Source: Nitrososphaeria archaeon
Lineage (GTDB): Archaea > Thermoproteota > Nitrososphaeria > JACIWG01
NCBI GenBank assembly: GCA_049969935.1
Contig: JBMFNX010000004.1
Span: 2,366-66,365, forward strand
Length of the DNA: 64,000 nucleotides
Reading direction: 5' to 3'
The notes below the pieces were generated by a model that did not search any database, had not been told where the DNA came from, and saw only the letters and a program-made list of their open reading frames with translations. Position numbers and translations under genes: made by a program. Of the stretch, positions 18,410 through 28,859 are shown one piece after another (the stretch's first letter is position 1; each line of letters begins with the position of its first letter).

Positions 18410-20197
18410 ATGACAATCTACTATTCTATAGAGGAGGCAGACAATAATGTAACTATTCCAGAAGAGAAGATTGAAAGTATATTGGTTGGATTAGATAAGT
18501 TTGTAGAAACTCTAATAGTGGAGGCGGTGGAGTTTAAGAAAAAGAGGAATAGGGGGTGCAGGATTGCTTTTGACGGATATCTTGGAATAGATTGGAACCA
18601 AATTGTTTCAAAGGTGAATAGGGAATCTCAAGGCAAACTAAAGATAAGGGTGTACAATTTTCTAGAATACTATGATACTAATGTATTGAATAAGGTTGTT
18701 GACAAAGCTCTTTCAGCTGACAAAAGTTTTGGCTACGTTTACAGAGGAAGGTTAAGTAAACTTCTTAAAATAGAAAGAGTTGAGAAACTTAAAACTGAAG
18801 TTTCAAAGAATGATAAGAAAGTTGATACAATCGTATGCATGGGCCCAGGTTCAGCAAACCCAACACTTAGAAGAGTATATGATAAAATATACTATTTTGA
18901 TATAACAAGGGAAACATTATTTAATAGTTCAGAAAAGAATCCAGTATATTTTATTGGAAGCGAAAATAGGATTCCAGTTCATCAGCTTATGAGAAGATTC
19001 TATTACGTGGACGGGCCTGTGCTTGACGCTCACAAAAAGTACATTCTAAAGCACACAGATTTTTATGTAGAATGTAATAGTATAGAAAATATGAAGGTTG
19101 TCCCTAAGGATGTATACTATTACATTCTTTCAAAGGTGGCTGAACAGCCCTTTAGAATAAAACCATTATATTATCCTGTGACATGGGGAGGAAATTGGTT
19201 AAAAAGGATAAAGGGGCTTCCTAAGGAAATGCCGAATTCTGGGCAAGGGTGTATAGTGGCGTCAGAGAACAGTATAAGAATAGTTGTTAATGAAAGGATT
19301 TTAATTGAGATACCTTTCCAAAATCTTCTTTGGGCATATCCAAGCAAGATATTGGGTGAAAAAGTGAATAGAAAGTTTGGTGGAGAATTTCCATTCACCT
19401 ACTGGTATGATGACCAGATCGGTGGAGGAGACATGGCTATACAGGTTCATGCAAGTGGAAAATATTTAAGGGAAAAGTTTAATGAAAAAATAAGGCAGGA
19501 TGAAAGCTATTATATAGTTTATACGGCAGAGGGGGCCAAAACATATCTTGGGCTCAGAGAAAATGCTGACGTAAGAGAATTTTATGAGAAAGCTTTATTG
19601 GCTGAAAGAGAGCATATTCCATTTGACCACAACCTCTACGTTTTCAGTATTCCCACAAAACCTGGAGACTATTTCCTAATACCAGCGGGTACAGTTCACG
19701 CTTCCGGAAGAAACCAGGTTGTTCTAGAAATAGATTGGGGCATAAGCGCATATAGTTCAGGGTACACGTTTCACATATACGATTACCTTAGACCAGACTT
19801 GGATGGAAGCCTCCGTGCAATACATCTTGAACATTCCTTTAAGGTTCTGAAAAGTTACAGGAGAGAGAAGTGGGTTCTAAAAAATTTGAGACAGGAGCCT
19901 AAACTTTTGAGGAAGGGTGAAGGGTGGGCGGAATATGCTATTGGAGAGAGGGAAGACATGTATTTTAAGACTCATAGGCTAGAGTTCAGGAAGGAAATTG
20001 AAGATGATACGGTTGGACAGTTTCATATGCTAACCCTTGTTGAAGGAGATAAGGTTTTGGTTACAACTGATGATGGTAAAAAGTATGTACTAGATTTTCC
20101 GGACACGCTGACGGTTCCAGCATGTGTTGGAAGATATAGGATTGTTAATCTTGGAGATGGTACAGCTAAGGTTGTTAAGGCACTGATAAGGTTATAG
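18410..20197 (+). CDS. Class I mannose-6-phosphate isomerase (cupin PMI) domain fused to an uncharacterized roughly 240-aa N-terminal domain
   Basis: C-terminal 350 aa match Bacillus-type ManA: [58 protein letters not shown]; N-domain has no recognisable motif. Confidence 0.6.
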   Translation: MTIYYSIEEADNNVTIPEEKIESILVGLDKFVETLIVEAVEFKKKRNRGCRIAFDGYLGIDWNQIVSKVNRESQGKLKIRVYNFLEYYDTNVLNKVVDKALSADKSFGYVYRGRLSKLLKIERVEKLKTEVSKNDKKVDTIVCMGPGSANPTLRRVYDKIYYFDITRETLFNSSEKNPVYFIGSENRIPVHQLMRRFYYVDGPVLDAHKKYILKHTDFYVECNSIENMKVVPKDVYYYILSKVAEQPFRIKPLYYPVTWGGNWLKRIKGLPKEMPNSGQGCIVASENSIRIVVNERILIEIPFQNLLWAYPSKILGEKVNRKFGGEFPFTYWYDDQIGGGDMAIQVHASGKYLREKFNEKIRQDESYYIVYTAEGAKTYLGLRENADVREFYEKALLAEREHIPFDHNLYVFSIPTKPGDYFLIPAGTVHASGRNQVVLEIDWGISAYSSGYTFHIYDYLRPDLDGSLRAIHLEHSFKVLKSYRREKWVLKNLRQEPKLLRKGEGWAEYAIGEREDMYFKTHRLEFRKEIEDDTVGQFHMLTLVEGDKVLVTTDDGKKYVLDFPDTLTVPACVGRYRIVNLGDGTAKVVKALIRL

Positions 20198-20938
20198 TGG
20201 CTTTATTCTTCCAAAATATTCTTTATAGTATGCTATATTATGTTCGTCTCCACCTGGAACATTACCTTCCATCCATATCTTTGGCCTAACATTTTTTTCC
20301 ATCAGCTTTTCTACAACCCTCAATTCTATAGAATGTAGTATAAAAGAGTTCACGATCGTGGAAAGGGGGGCCATCCTCTGATTTAAGCCTTCAACATTTA
20401 CGGCGGCATCTCCTGTTGGAACCTTATTGTCAATAACAATGTCGGCAACCTCATACAATTTCTTATTTAACGGGTTTGATGCTGGAACACTTTTAGAATA
20501 TTCAAGAGACGTTAATGCTATAACATTAATGCCTCGAGATTTTGCTTCAAAAGCCATTTCAACTGGAACAGCATTTTTACCCGAATTGGATACGATAATC
20601 AACGTCGACCCAGGTTCAGGATTATAGTAATCCAATAGTGCCTTAGCATAGCCTGAAAGCCTTTCAACATATGTTGCTTTAAGTGCACCATTATAGCCTG
20701 ACACACTTAAGTCAAGGAAAGGATAAACTTGTACAAGCCCACCTGACCTAGTAAACATTTCCATAGCAAGCATCATAGAATGTCCTGTACCAAATATGTA
20801 TACAAGCTTATTGGAGGCTATAGAATCTACAATGCAGTCAGATGCCTTTTCGATTGAAGAGTACTCCTCCAAGTAGACTTTTTCTATAGTGTCCAAAATA
20901 TATTTTTTGTAAGTTTCAACTATTTTGCTCATACACAC
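20192..20938 (-). CDS. SIS-domain protein, UPF0309 family
   Basis: [46 protein letters not shown]-terminal GGDEHN; collinear with Bacillus UPF0309 proteins; 248 aa. Confidence 0.6.
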   Translation of the reverse strand: MCMSKIVETYKKYILDTIEKVYLEEYSSIEKASDCIVDSIASNKLVYIFGTGHSMMLAMEMFTRSGGLVQVYPFLDLSVSGYNGALKATYVERLSGYAKALLDYYNPEPGSTLIIVSNSGKNAVPVEMAFEAKSRGINVIALTSLEYSKSVPASNPLNKKLYEVADIVIDNKVPTGDAAVNVEGLNQRMAPLSTIVNSFILHSIELRVVEKLMEKNVRPKIWMEGNVPGGDEHNIAYYKEYFGRIKPL

Positions 20939-21021
20939 TTCTTAGAATTAAAGAAAATTTAAACTCTACGCTAAAGACATAGAAAATTTAATATATTTAA
21001 TGTAATCTGGATAATAATGTT

Positions 21022-22074
21022 ATGGTCCTAAAAGAGTATAATATGATAAAAGATATAAGGGAAACACCTTTTGCACTAAAATCCGTTTTAGAAGAGACAA
21101 AAAAATTTGATAGCTTGAAAGCCTCTGAATACAGGTTTAAAAAGGCATTCTTCATTGGATGTGGTTCATCATATTATGCAGCATTATATGGAATATGGCC
21201 GCTTCTTAAAAACGACAATATTTTAGCCTACGCGCTCCCATCGTCAGAACTTTTAATCAACTTTATGGACATGGTTGATGAAAAAAGTCTAATTGTTGGA
21301 ACATCAAGGTCAGGGAAGACTGCTGAAACTGTGACAGCTCTTGAAACTTGCAAGAAAAGGGGTGCATATACGTTAGGGTTCACAATAGAAAAAGAAACTA
21401 AAATATTCGATGTAACAGATGAGACAATTTTATTTGACATTGGAGGAGAAAAGAGTATTATTATGACAAAAAGTTTCACCTCGTTCTGTTTTGCCACAGC
21501 ACTGTTTTCAACAATTTTAAGTGAAAAAATTTCAGGCAAACGACATAAGCTTTTAGAAGAAAGTATAGAAATTGTTTCCTTGTCTGAAAAACTTTTAAGG
21601 GGAGAAGATAAAATTATACCTATTTCAAATAGGCTTGTTGCCGAAAATGTGGAGCGATTTGTTTTCCTAGGTTCTGGACCATCATATCCAATAGCATTAG
21701 AGGGGGCGTTAAAAATTAAGGAAACATCATATGCTGCAACAGAGGGACTTCACCTTCTTGAATTCCGACATGGTCCAATGGCAAGTGTTGGTGAAAAGCA
21801 GACGTTGGTTATCTCATGCTTTCTTGGAGAACATTATTCTTATCTGAAAAATTTTGTTACAGAGTTTACTGGCAAGCGTGCTGACCTAATATTGATAACT
21901 GATTCAAGAGAGTTTGGAGAAAATATTATAGAAATTCCTACAGAATATAGTGTTGAATGTAAAGCATTACTGTCTATTATTCCAATACAAATTTTAGCCT
22001 ACTATTATGCAGTAGGTAAAGGAAGAGACCCGGATAGGCCTAGAAACCTTTCCCGTTACATACCAAGGTTTTAG
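21022..22074 (+). CDS. Double-SIS sugar-phosphate isomerase/deaminase (GlmS isomerase-domain-like; AgaS/NagB-II/FrlB-type)
   Basis: Two SIS modules (FFIGCGSSYYAA...GTSRSGKTAETV; FLGSGPSYPIALEGALKIKE); 350 aa with no glutaminase domain. Confidence 0.7.
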   Translation: MVLKEYNMIKDIRETPFALKSVLEETKKFDSLKASEYRFKKAFFIGCGSSYYAALYGIWPLLKNDNILAYALPSSELLINFMDMVDEKSLIVGTSRSGKTAETVTALETCKKRGAYTLGFTIEKETKIFDVTDETILFDIGGEKSIIMTKSFTSFCFATALFSTILSEKISGKRHKLLEESIEIVSLSEKLLRGEDKIIPISNRLVAENVERFVFLGSGPSYPIALEGALKIKETSYAATEGLHLLEFRHGPMASVGEKQTLVISCFLGEHYSYLKNFVTEFTGKRADLILITDSREFGENIIEIPTEYSVECKALLSIIPIQILAYYYAVGKGRDPDRPRNLSRYIPRF

Positions 22075-22076
22075 AC

Positions 22077-23051
22077 ATGATCATACTCTGCATGGATATC
22101 GGTAAAACTAAAACGTTGGCAGTCTCTTTAAACGAGAACGGGAAAGTTTTCGGTAAGTTCATAGCAGGGCCTTCTGGAATGTGGTTGAAGGAAGAGATTA
22201 TTGTAAAAAATGTTAGAGAGGCTATAGAAGGGTGCCTAAAAATTTCGAACATACAATTAAAGGATGTTAGGTTAATTTCTATAAGCTGGGCTGACCTTGA
22301 TACGCCAAAGGATTGGGAGAACGCATGGAAGGTTATAGAAAAAGTAGGTATCGAAAAGGATAGGGTTTTGATCGAACATGATGCGGTAGCAGCATACTAT
22401 GCTATAACTTGGGGTGAACCAGGTGTAGCAGTTATTGGAGGAACAGGGAGCATAGCTTATGGAGTAAACAGGTGTGGTGAAAGGATGAGGTCAAGTGGTT
22501 GGGGTTGGCTTATTGGTGACGAGGGAAGCGCCTACTGGATAGCGGTCAAAGCGTTAAACGCTGTCTCTAGAGCACATGATGGCAGGGGGAGAGAAACAAT
22601 CTTATCCAAAATGATTATGGAATACTTTGGAGTAAGGGAGGAGCTTGAAATACTGCATAAAATTTACAAGGAGCTGGAAGGAGATCCTACAGAAATTTCA
22701 AGAATTGCAAAGATTGTTGATAAGGCTGCTTCTTTAGGAGATAGAGTTGCAATTGAAATATTAGAGGATGCTGGAAGGGAGTTGGCTTCAGCAATATTAT
22801 GTATTGTCAGAAAGCTTAACATGACAGATGATAGGATAATAGTTGGAGGATTAGGTGGAGTTTTCAGGTCAAATACTGTGAGAGAATCTTTTATCAAAGC
22901 CATTAGAGAAAATATTCCAAACGCCATTTTAAGGGGACCACTTGTAGGTGATCAAGCAATCCTTGGCCCAATAATTATAGCATTTAGAAGACTCGGTTTA
23001 ACAGTATCAGAAAAAAATGTAAGAGCAGTATTGGATGGGTTAGGTGAATAA
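22077..23051 (+). CDS. BadF/BadG/BcrA/BcrD-type ATPase, N-acetylglucosamine/sugar kinase family (paralog 2)
   Basis: GGTGSIAYG, SSGWGWLIGDEGSAYWIA, GGLGGVF; 3 nt downstream of SIS gene (operon). Confidence 0.65.
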   Translation: MIILCMDIGKTKTLAVSLNENGKVFGKFIAGPSGMWLKEEIIVKNVREAIEGCLKISNIQLKDVRLISISWADLDTPKDWENAWKVIEKVGIEKDRVLIEHDAVAAYYAITWGEPGVAVIGGTGSIAYGVNRCGERMRSSGWGWLIGDEGSAYWIAVKALNAVSRAHDGRGRETILSKMIMEYFGVREELEILHKIYKELEGDPTEISRIAKIVDKAASLGDRVAIEILEDAGRELASAILCIVRKLNMTDDRIIVGGLGGVFRSNTVRESFIKAIRENIPNAILRGPLVGDQAILGPIIIAFRRLGLTVSEKNVRAVLDGLGE

Positions 23052-23054
23052 TTT

Positions 23055-23849
23055 TTAGAAGAAGACAGTACCCTTCAGGTATCTTGTTCCAACAATTTTC
23101 AGGTACACAAATATTATTGTTAAAGATATTATCTGCAAGATAGAAGCTTCTGCTGCAACAAAACCGAGCATACCAGCATGTGATATGTCATCGAACACTT
23201 TCACTGGTGCGGTTAAGATGCCTGTTGGACCAGCTAGAAGGAAGGCTGTTATAAACTCGTTAAATGAGAGCACGAAGGTTAAGAGTATACCGGAGGTTAT
23301 ACCTGGACCTATAAGTGGTAGAACAATATAGATAAACCTCTTTAAACCTGTAGCACCTAAACATGCTGCCGCCTCCTCGTAGGAAACTTCCAATCTTCTA
23401 AAGGCAACTATAGAAGATAATAACATCATGGGAAGAAATCCTGTAGTATATGTTACAATAAATCCCAGTATACTTAAACACTGCTTGTATATTAGGTAAA
23501 AGGACAGTATAAGCGATAGAGCGTATGCAATTCCTGGAACATACCATACACCAATTAAAGTAAGAAGTATTGGCCTCTTACCTCTAAACTCGTATCTTGT
23601 TAAAGAGTATGCGGCAGGTATTGCTATGAGCAGATCCAGTACAACAGTTGCCAGTGAAAGTTGAAGGCTTAACCAGACCCTAGGCCAGAAGACTCCTGCC
23701 ATACTGAAATAGTTTGATAAACTAAGCTGACCCTCTGGAGACCAAAGTGAACGCCAGAAGGAGACCATAAAGGGAATAAAAATTAGTATTGATACAAAGA
23801 TTATGTAAATATATGATATTATAGTTGAAAATTCAACCTTTTCCCTCAA
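23055..23849 (-). CDS. ABC transporter permease (PotC-like)
   Basis: Six TM helices; EAA-like loop EAAACLGATGLKRFIYIVLPLIGPG; 264 aa. Confidence 0.75.
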   Translation of the reverse strand: MREKVEFSTIISYIYIIFVSILIFIPFMVSFWRSLWSPEGQLSLSNYFSMAGVFWPRVWLSLQLSLATVVLDLLIAIPAAYSLTRYEFRGKRPILLTLIGVWYVPGIAYALSLILSFYLIYKQCLSILGFIVTYTTGFLPMMLLSSIVAFRRLEVSYEEAAACLGATGLKRFIYIVLPLIGPGITSGILLTFVLSFNEFITAFLLAGPTGILTAPVKVFDDISHAGMLGFVAAEASILQIISLTIIFVYLKIVGTRYLKGTVFF

Positions 23850-24685
23850 ATCAGTACACCTCTAGAAACTTTAAGTGAAATGAACGTGAATATTAGTGAT
23901 ATAATTACTAGGGCTGAAGCGAGCGCGGCTGCGAGACCATAGTTCATCATCAAAAGGCCTACCATGCGAATCTGTATAGATAGAACTCTTTGGCCTACCA
24001 CAACACCGCCCATCAAATATGGTATAGCGTATGCGCCAATATTCCATCCGAAGGCCATAAACCATCCACCCATAAGACCCGGCAAGCTCAATGGAAGCAA
24101 AATATGCATGAACCTTCTAAACCGGTCTGCTCCAAGACAGCTTGAAGCCTCCTCTAAGACAGGGTCTATTTGGCTTATGTTTATACCCATCTGTAGGACA
24201 GCGAATGGTAGAGTGTATATTGCGAGAGCCAATGCGGCGGTTACTGGAGTATAGAGTATGGCAAAAGGGGATATGCCGATTGACTCGAGGAAGGATGAGA
24301 AGGGGCCCTTTGGTAGAAAAAGCCACCAGAAGCCGTATGCTATGTAAAGTTCTCCAAGCAATGGAACCATCAAAATTGACCTAAAAAAGTCTGAAAGAAA
24401 CCTTACCTTTCTAAGCAGCAGGTAGGCATATGGGTAGCCTACAATAACATCCAATGTTGCAGAGAAGGCGGCCAACATAAGTGTATTCCTGAAGTCTGGA
24501 ATATAGTTGGTTGTTATCTTAACATAGTTTTCTAAAGTGAATATTGGTTGGAAGAAGTAGCTTGAACCCTTTGTGAAGCTAACATAGAATAGTAGTATGA
24601 ATGGTATAATAAAGAATAGGACTGCAAATGTTAAGGCTGGAATAATAAATATTATTGGCTTAATTTTTTCAAAATATTCGTTCAT
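23846..24685 (-). CDS. ABC transporter permease (PotB-like)
   Basis: EASSCLGADRFRRFMHILLPLSLPGL EAA motif; multi-TM; 4-nt overlap with downstream permease. Confidence 0.75.
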   Translation of the reverse strand: MNEYFEKIKPIIFIIPALTFAVLFFIIPFILLFYVSFTKGSSYFFQPIFTLENYVKITTNYIPDFRNTLMLAAFSATLDVIVGYPYAYLLLRKVRFLSDFFRSILMVPLLGELYIAYGFWWLFLPKGPFSSFLESIGISPFAILYTPVTAALALAIYTLPFAVLQMGINISQIDPVLEEASSCLGADRFRRFMHILLPLSLPGLMGGWFMAFGWNIGAYAIPYLMGGVVVGQRVLSIQIRMVGLLMMNYGLAAALASALVIISLIFTFISLKVSRGVLI

Positions 24686-24719
24686 AATATTCTACCAAAA
24701 AATTTTTAGGAGCCAGAAG

Positions 24720-26048
24720 CTATCCACCTATAAGCTTCTGGTAGTATGAGACCCATTCTTCAGCATGCGCGTTAATGTATTCCCAGTCCAGAATCTGCAT
24801 AGATGGGTAAATGTATTTCTTGTACTGGTCTAGTGTTGGGAAAACCTTGTAAAAGTTTTCTTTTCCACCCCACCAGTCTGGTATAAACTGTTCATAGTAT
24901 GGGCCAAGCGGGCCTTCGATCATTCCAGCCCAAAGCTTCTTCGCTTCAGTTGGATTAAGTTCCTTAAAGCCTGGAGAATTGATGTCTGGGAACTGGAACT
25001 CTTTGCTCAGAAGCCAGTCAACATATATTTGGGCTAATACTGGATGCTGAGCCTTTTTAGGTATCCATGCAACACCAGGCAAGTTTGGCATGAACGGTTC
25101 AAGAAGCTTGGGACCAAGCCACTTGTTTCCAGCAGCCTGCTCCATTTCATAGCTGCAACACCAGTATGATGTTATCCATGTAACATTCTTTTCAGACAAT
25201 TCAATTATTTCCGCCTCATCACTTGTATACTTTAATACATTTGGATGAATGTTTTTTGCAACCCATTCTATTGCCTTCTTCATTTGCTCAGGATTCTTGT
25301 AATCGTATCCCAATGCTGTTGCAACAGTAGCCAAGAAGGCCCAGAAACCGTTATCTGAAAGAGACCATAAGGTGATTTTACCCTTAAGCCTGGGGTCTGC
25401 AAGATCAAGCCAGCTCTTAACAAAACCAGTCTTTTCTAGATTAAATACTGGTGTAACCATCGCATGCTGCTGGAACTGAACACCATATGGTGCAAATATG
25501 AAGACTGGGTCTACAAAGGCCAGGTTCGGGACAAGCGGCGAAGGCAGGAACGGTTCAGCAACATCCTTTGCCTTTGCCTCTTCAAAGAAGTTTATTTCTA
25601 TATGCATCACATCATATGGTGCCGGCAGTCCCGCTTGGTAGGCAGAGTAAAGTTGGTACATGAAGCCACCCTTAGCCTCCTGTGTGCCAACAAACTTTAC
25701 TTCAATATCGACACCATACTTGTTTTTCACATAGCTCTTGAACGATGGTATAAAATATGTGTCCACAAGGCCCCAGTAGGTCCAGTCCGCGATCGTTATA
25801 GAACCCTCCTTCTTTATTTCATCAACGATTTCTTCATATGACATGTACTTGTTTAATATTGGAACCCAGACTTTACCCTCATAAGGCCAAGGCTGAGGCT
25901 TTCCTGAAGTTTGTGTCACAGTCTTGGTTACAGTTGTTACGCCAGCCGCTGGTGCCGTAAGAAGGTAGATTGTGCTTCCAAGAAATATTAAGGCCAAAAC
26001 TGTTGAGACAAGAAACATGCTTTTCCAATTCATGATATTCACCGTCAA
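24720..26048 (-). CDS. ABC transporter substrate-binding protein (family 1 SBP) with N-terminal membrane anchor
   Basis: N-terminal hydrophobic helix then Thr/Val-rich linker (VTTVTKTVTQTSGKP); Trp/Tyr-rich periplasmic-binding-protein-like body; 442 aa. Confidence 0.6.
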   Translation of the reverse strand: MTVNIMNWKSMFLVSTVLALIFLGSTIYLLTAPAAGVTTVTKTVTQTSGKPQPWPYEGKVWVPILNKYMSYEEIVDEIKKEGSITIADWTYWGLVDTYFIPSFKSYVKNKYGVDIEVKFVGTQEAKGGFMYQLYSAYQAGLPAPYDVMHIEINFFEEAKAKDVAEPFLPSPLVPNLAFVDPVFIFAPYGVQFQQHAMVTPVFNLEKTGFVKSWLDLADPRLKGKITLWSLSDNGFWAFLATVATALGYDYKNPEQMKKAIEWVAKNIHPNVLKYTSDEAEIIELSEKNVTWITSYWCCSYEMEQAAGNKWLGPKLLEPFMPNLPGVAWIPKKAQHPVLAQIYVDWLLSKEFQFPDINSPGFKELNPTEAKKLWAGMIEGPLGPYYEQFIPDWWGGKENFYKVFPTLDQYKKYIYPSMQILDWEYINAHAEEWVSYYQKLIGG

Positions 26049-26163
26049 AGAATATTAAAGAGCATATTATTTAAATTTTTTCTTGCCGCGGAAACTTATT
26101 ATAAAAAATTGAGAAATTATAATTTTATAATATACATTTTGCATAAAATTTTTATAAAAAGGT

Positions 26164-27237
26164 TTAGGCCTTTTTAATGATCGTGAATCGTCTTATATGG
26201 AATTTTCTTGAGCCTACCGCGTCAACCATTTTAAACCTGTCAGGGCCATAGAGGTCGACCTTAAGAAGTCTATTCCCGAGGCTTATCATTAAACGAGTAT
26301 TTGTTCCAAGGAATGTAGAACGTTCAATCTTTGCCTCGAAAACATTATCCTTATCTTTAGGATCTTCTATAACTTCTATATCTTCCGGCCTTATGCTTAA
26401 AATTATGCTATCATTAACCTCGTATTCTTGAACATTGGGCATGGGATCGGATACAAGGGAGAGGTCTTGGACATTAATCTTCAACCTATTTCCTGTAACT
26501 TCAGCAATTGTTCCCTCGAGGAAATTGGATGTTCCAATAAAGTCTGCTACAAAGTCTGATTGAGGGTTTAGATATAGTTCTAAGGGTGTTCCAACCTGCT
26601 GAACCCGTCCATGATTCATGACATAAACTTTGTCCGATATCGCGAAGGCTTCAGCCTGATCGTGTGTGACATAAATTGCAGTCTTGCCAGTCTCCTTCTG
26701 GATGCGTCTAATCTCATATTTTAGATCATCTCTTAATTTTGCATCCAGATGGCCTAAGGGTTCATCGAAAAGTAGAACTTCAGGGTCTGTAGCCAGAACT
26801 CTTGCAATATCAATACGCTGTACTTGGCCACCGCTAAGCTGTGAGGGCATCCTCTCCTCGAAGCCTTCCATATGTACAAGTTTGAGAACCTCCTTAACCC
26901 TTGTATCAATCTCATTTTTTGGAAACTTTCTCATTTTAAGTCCGAAGGCAACATTCTTGTAAACGTTCATGTGTGGGAAAAGTGCGACCTTTTGGAAAAC
27001 GAAGCCGATGCTCCTCTTGTGGGGGGGCACGTTTGTTACATCCTTTTCACCAAAGTATACTTTTCCAGTATCAGGCTTAACCAGGCCAGAAATTATTCTT
27101 AACGTTGTAGTTTTACCGCATCCACTTGGACCAAGTAGTGTCACAAGCTCTTTATCTTTTGCTTCAATGTTCACATGATCGACGGCCAAAAAATCTCCAA
27201 AACGTTTAGATATGTCGACAGCCCTAACACTGACCAT
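26164..27237 (-). CDS. ABC transporter ATP-binding protein (PotA/MalK-like with C-terminal TOBE-like domain)
   Basis: Walker A LLGPSGCGKTT, signature LSGGQVQR, Walker B LLFDEPLGHLD; 357 aa. Confidence 0.85.
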   Translation of the reverse strand: MVSVRAVDISKRFGDFLAVDHVNIEAKDKELVTLLGPSGCGKTTTLRIISGLVKPDTGKVYFGEKDVTNVPPHKRSIGFVFQKVALFPHMNVYKNVAFGLKMRKFPKNEIDTRVKEVLKLVHMEGFEERMPSQLSGGQVQRIDIARVLATDPEVLLFDEPLGHLDAKLRDDLKYEIRRIQKETGKTAIYVTHDQAEAFAISDKVYVMNHGRVQQVGTPLELYLNPQSDFVADFIGTSNFLEGTIAEVTGNRLKINVQDLSLVSDPMPNVQEYEVNDSIILSIRPEDIEVIEDPKDKDNVFEAKIERSTFLGTNTRLMISLGNRLLKVDLYGPDRFKMVDAVGSRKFHIRRFTIIKKA

Positions 27238-27282
27238 ACATTCTATTTTCAGGTAAACATCTTATAAGTTTTAAGTACTATA

Positions 27283-28494
27283 TTAGCTTATGCTTGAAAT
27301 TAGTTTAGTAAACTCCTTTTCAGACACTCTCTTCTCCAGATACCATGCAAGATACTTTGAAAACGTTTCATAGAATTTGTTTGAAAATTTTTCGTTGAAA
27401 CAGTTTTTGTAGCTATTGTAAAATATCTTTTCCTCAAAATCCAATATATTACTTTCGAAAATTTTTGATGAACCTTTAATCGGGGGAAAGAATCCGGTTT
27501 CAATTAACCCTTTCAGGAAATTGGGCTCATATAGTTCCTCTAAAAATTTTATCGATAAGTGAACATTCTTTGAACTTTTGCATATTCCGAAAGCCATAAG
27601 GTAGCCAACCGAATTTGAGGACATTGAATTCGATGGAATCGGAGCGATTCCAATGTTTTCCATCCCACGATTGGATAGGGTGTGTACTGCGTAATTCCAT
27701 TGTATCATGATAGGAAACCTTTCTGCAATAAATTCGTCATCTAATACAGAAGATTCAAGATAAATGACTTCAGGGGGAGAAATTTTTTCTTTCATCAAAA
27801 AAGAATAGGTGTCTAGGAGACTTTCTATTGTTTCATTAGACAAAAATTTTATGGTCGAATTTGTTGCAAGAGTCTGGCCGCCAAGGTTTTCATAAAGTGA
27901 TTGAAATACTAGAGAAGAATGTCTTCCTTCAAGAGAGTAGATGGCGAGACCGTATTCGGTTGGAGAATTTGGATTACATGCTTTTGAAAAATTTTTTGCA
28001 ATTAGAATTAGTTGGTTAAAAGATTTCGGTGGTTCAATAATATAGTTTTTGTTATATACAAGGATTGGGAATGAGGTGTGGAATGGTAGAGCGTAAAGGC
28101 TTCCATTGCTATAGAAGGTGCGTACGGCTTTTTCATAAAATTGTTCAGTTAAACTAAGATTTAATGGTAGAAGATATGGTAAGATTTCTTTAAAATTAAA
28201 GTTTGTGACAACAATCATGTCTATTGAAGAATTTTTTGATGATAAAATAGTTGGAAGAATAGATTCTTTATCAAAATCTATTACATTAACATAGAAGCCC
28301 ATTTTTTGGAAACTAGGATTCCATCTTTCAATCAGATTCTTGAAGGCGATAGCGTCTGGAGCAAGATAATGTGATAGAAAAACAACATTAATTTCATTAG
28401 CTGGTTTAACATGATATTGATTATATAATAGAGGGAGTGTGATTATAGAAAGCAATAGTATGGATATGATTATAGCCAACCTTCTTGAACGCAT
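27283..28494 (-). CDS. Putative second substrate-binding protein (divergent family 1 SBP-like) with N-terminal membrane anchor
   Basis: N-terminal TM helix (LAIIISILLLSIITLPLL); Asn/Tyr/Phe-rich soluble body; first gene of the transporter operon. Confidence 0.4.
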   Translation of the reverse strand: MRSRRLAIIISILLLSIITLPLLYNQYHVKPANEINVVFLSHYLAPDAIAFKNLIERWNPSFQKMGFYVNVIDFDKESILPTILSSKNSSIDMIVVTNFNFKEILPYLLPLNLSLTEQFYEKAVRTFYSNGSLYALPFHTSFPILVYNKNYIIEPPKSFNQLILIAKNFSKACNPNSPTEYGLAIYSLEGRHSSLVFQSLYENLGGQTLATNSTIKFLSNETIESLLDTYSFLMKEKISPPEVIYLESSVLDDEFIAERFPIMIQWNYAVHTLSNRGMENIGIAPIPSNSMSSNSVGYLMAFGICKSSKNVHLSIKFLEELYEPNFLKGLIETGFFPPIKGSSKIFESNILDFEEKIFYNSYKNCFNEKFSNKFYETFSKYLAWYLEKRVSEKEFTKLISSIS

Positions 28495-28561
28495 TAAGCA
28501 TACATGTTACTGAATTGGATATAAGGTTTAAAAATTAAAAATGATAGAGGAGTAGGCTACG

Positions 28562-28816
28562 ATGATGATAAAAATGGTGACCGTCAAATTTGAGAAGATA
28601 AAGGATAAGGTTGAGGAATTTAATGCATTCGTTAAAGAGAAGAAAAATATTGAGGGAAAGGTTGACGGTGATACAATAGTGTTTGAAAACATTGATAGAG
28701 ACGATTTAAGGCTTCTCTTAAAAAAGTTTCTTCACAGGATCGATGGAGACGATTTTAGAGTGGTATCTAAAGTAGGCGTTCTGACCGTGGTGGAGAAAAG
28801 GAAGTTTAAAATGTAG
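28562..28816 (+). CDS. Small hypothetical protein (84 aa) with eL22-like sequence pattern
   Basis: FNAFVKEKKNIEGKVDG..IVFENIDR and DLRLLLKKFLHRIDGDDFRVV resemble the eL22 core (FEQFLQERIKVNGKAGN..VVTIER; KKYLKKNNLRDWLRVV); 43 nt upstream of argS. Confidence 0.35.
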   Translation: MMIKMVTVKFEKIKDKVEEFNAFVKEKKNIEGKVDGDTIVFENIDRDDLRLLLKKFLHRIDGDDFRVVSKVGVLTVVEKRKFKM

Positions 28817-28859
28817 GAGTTAGCTTTTTAAAGCTAGTAGGCATATAAAAGGGAAAGAT

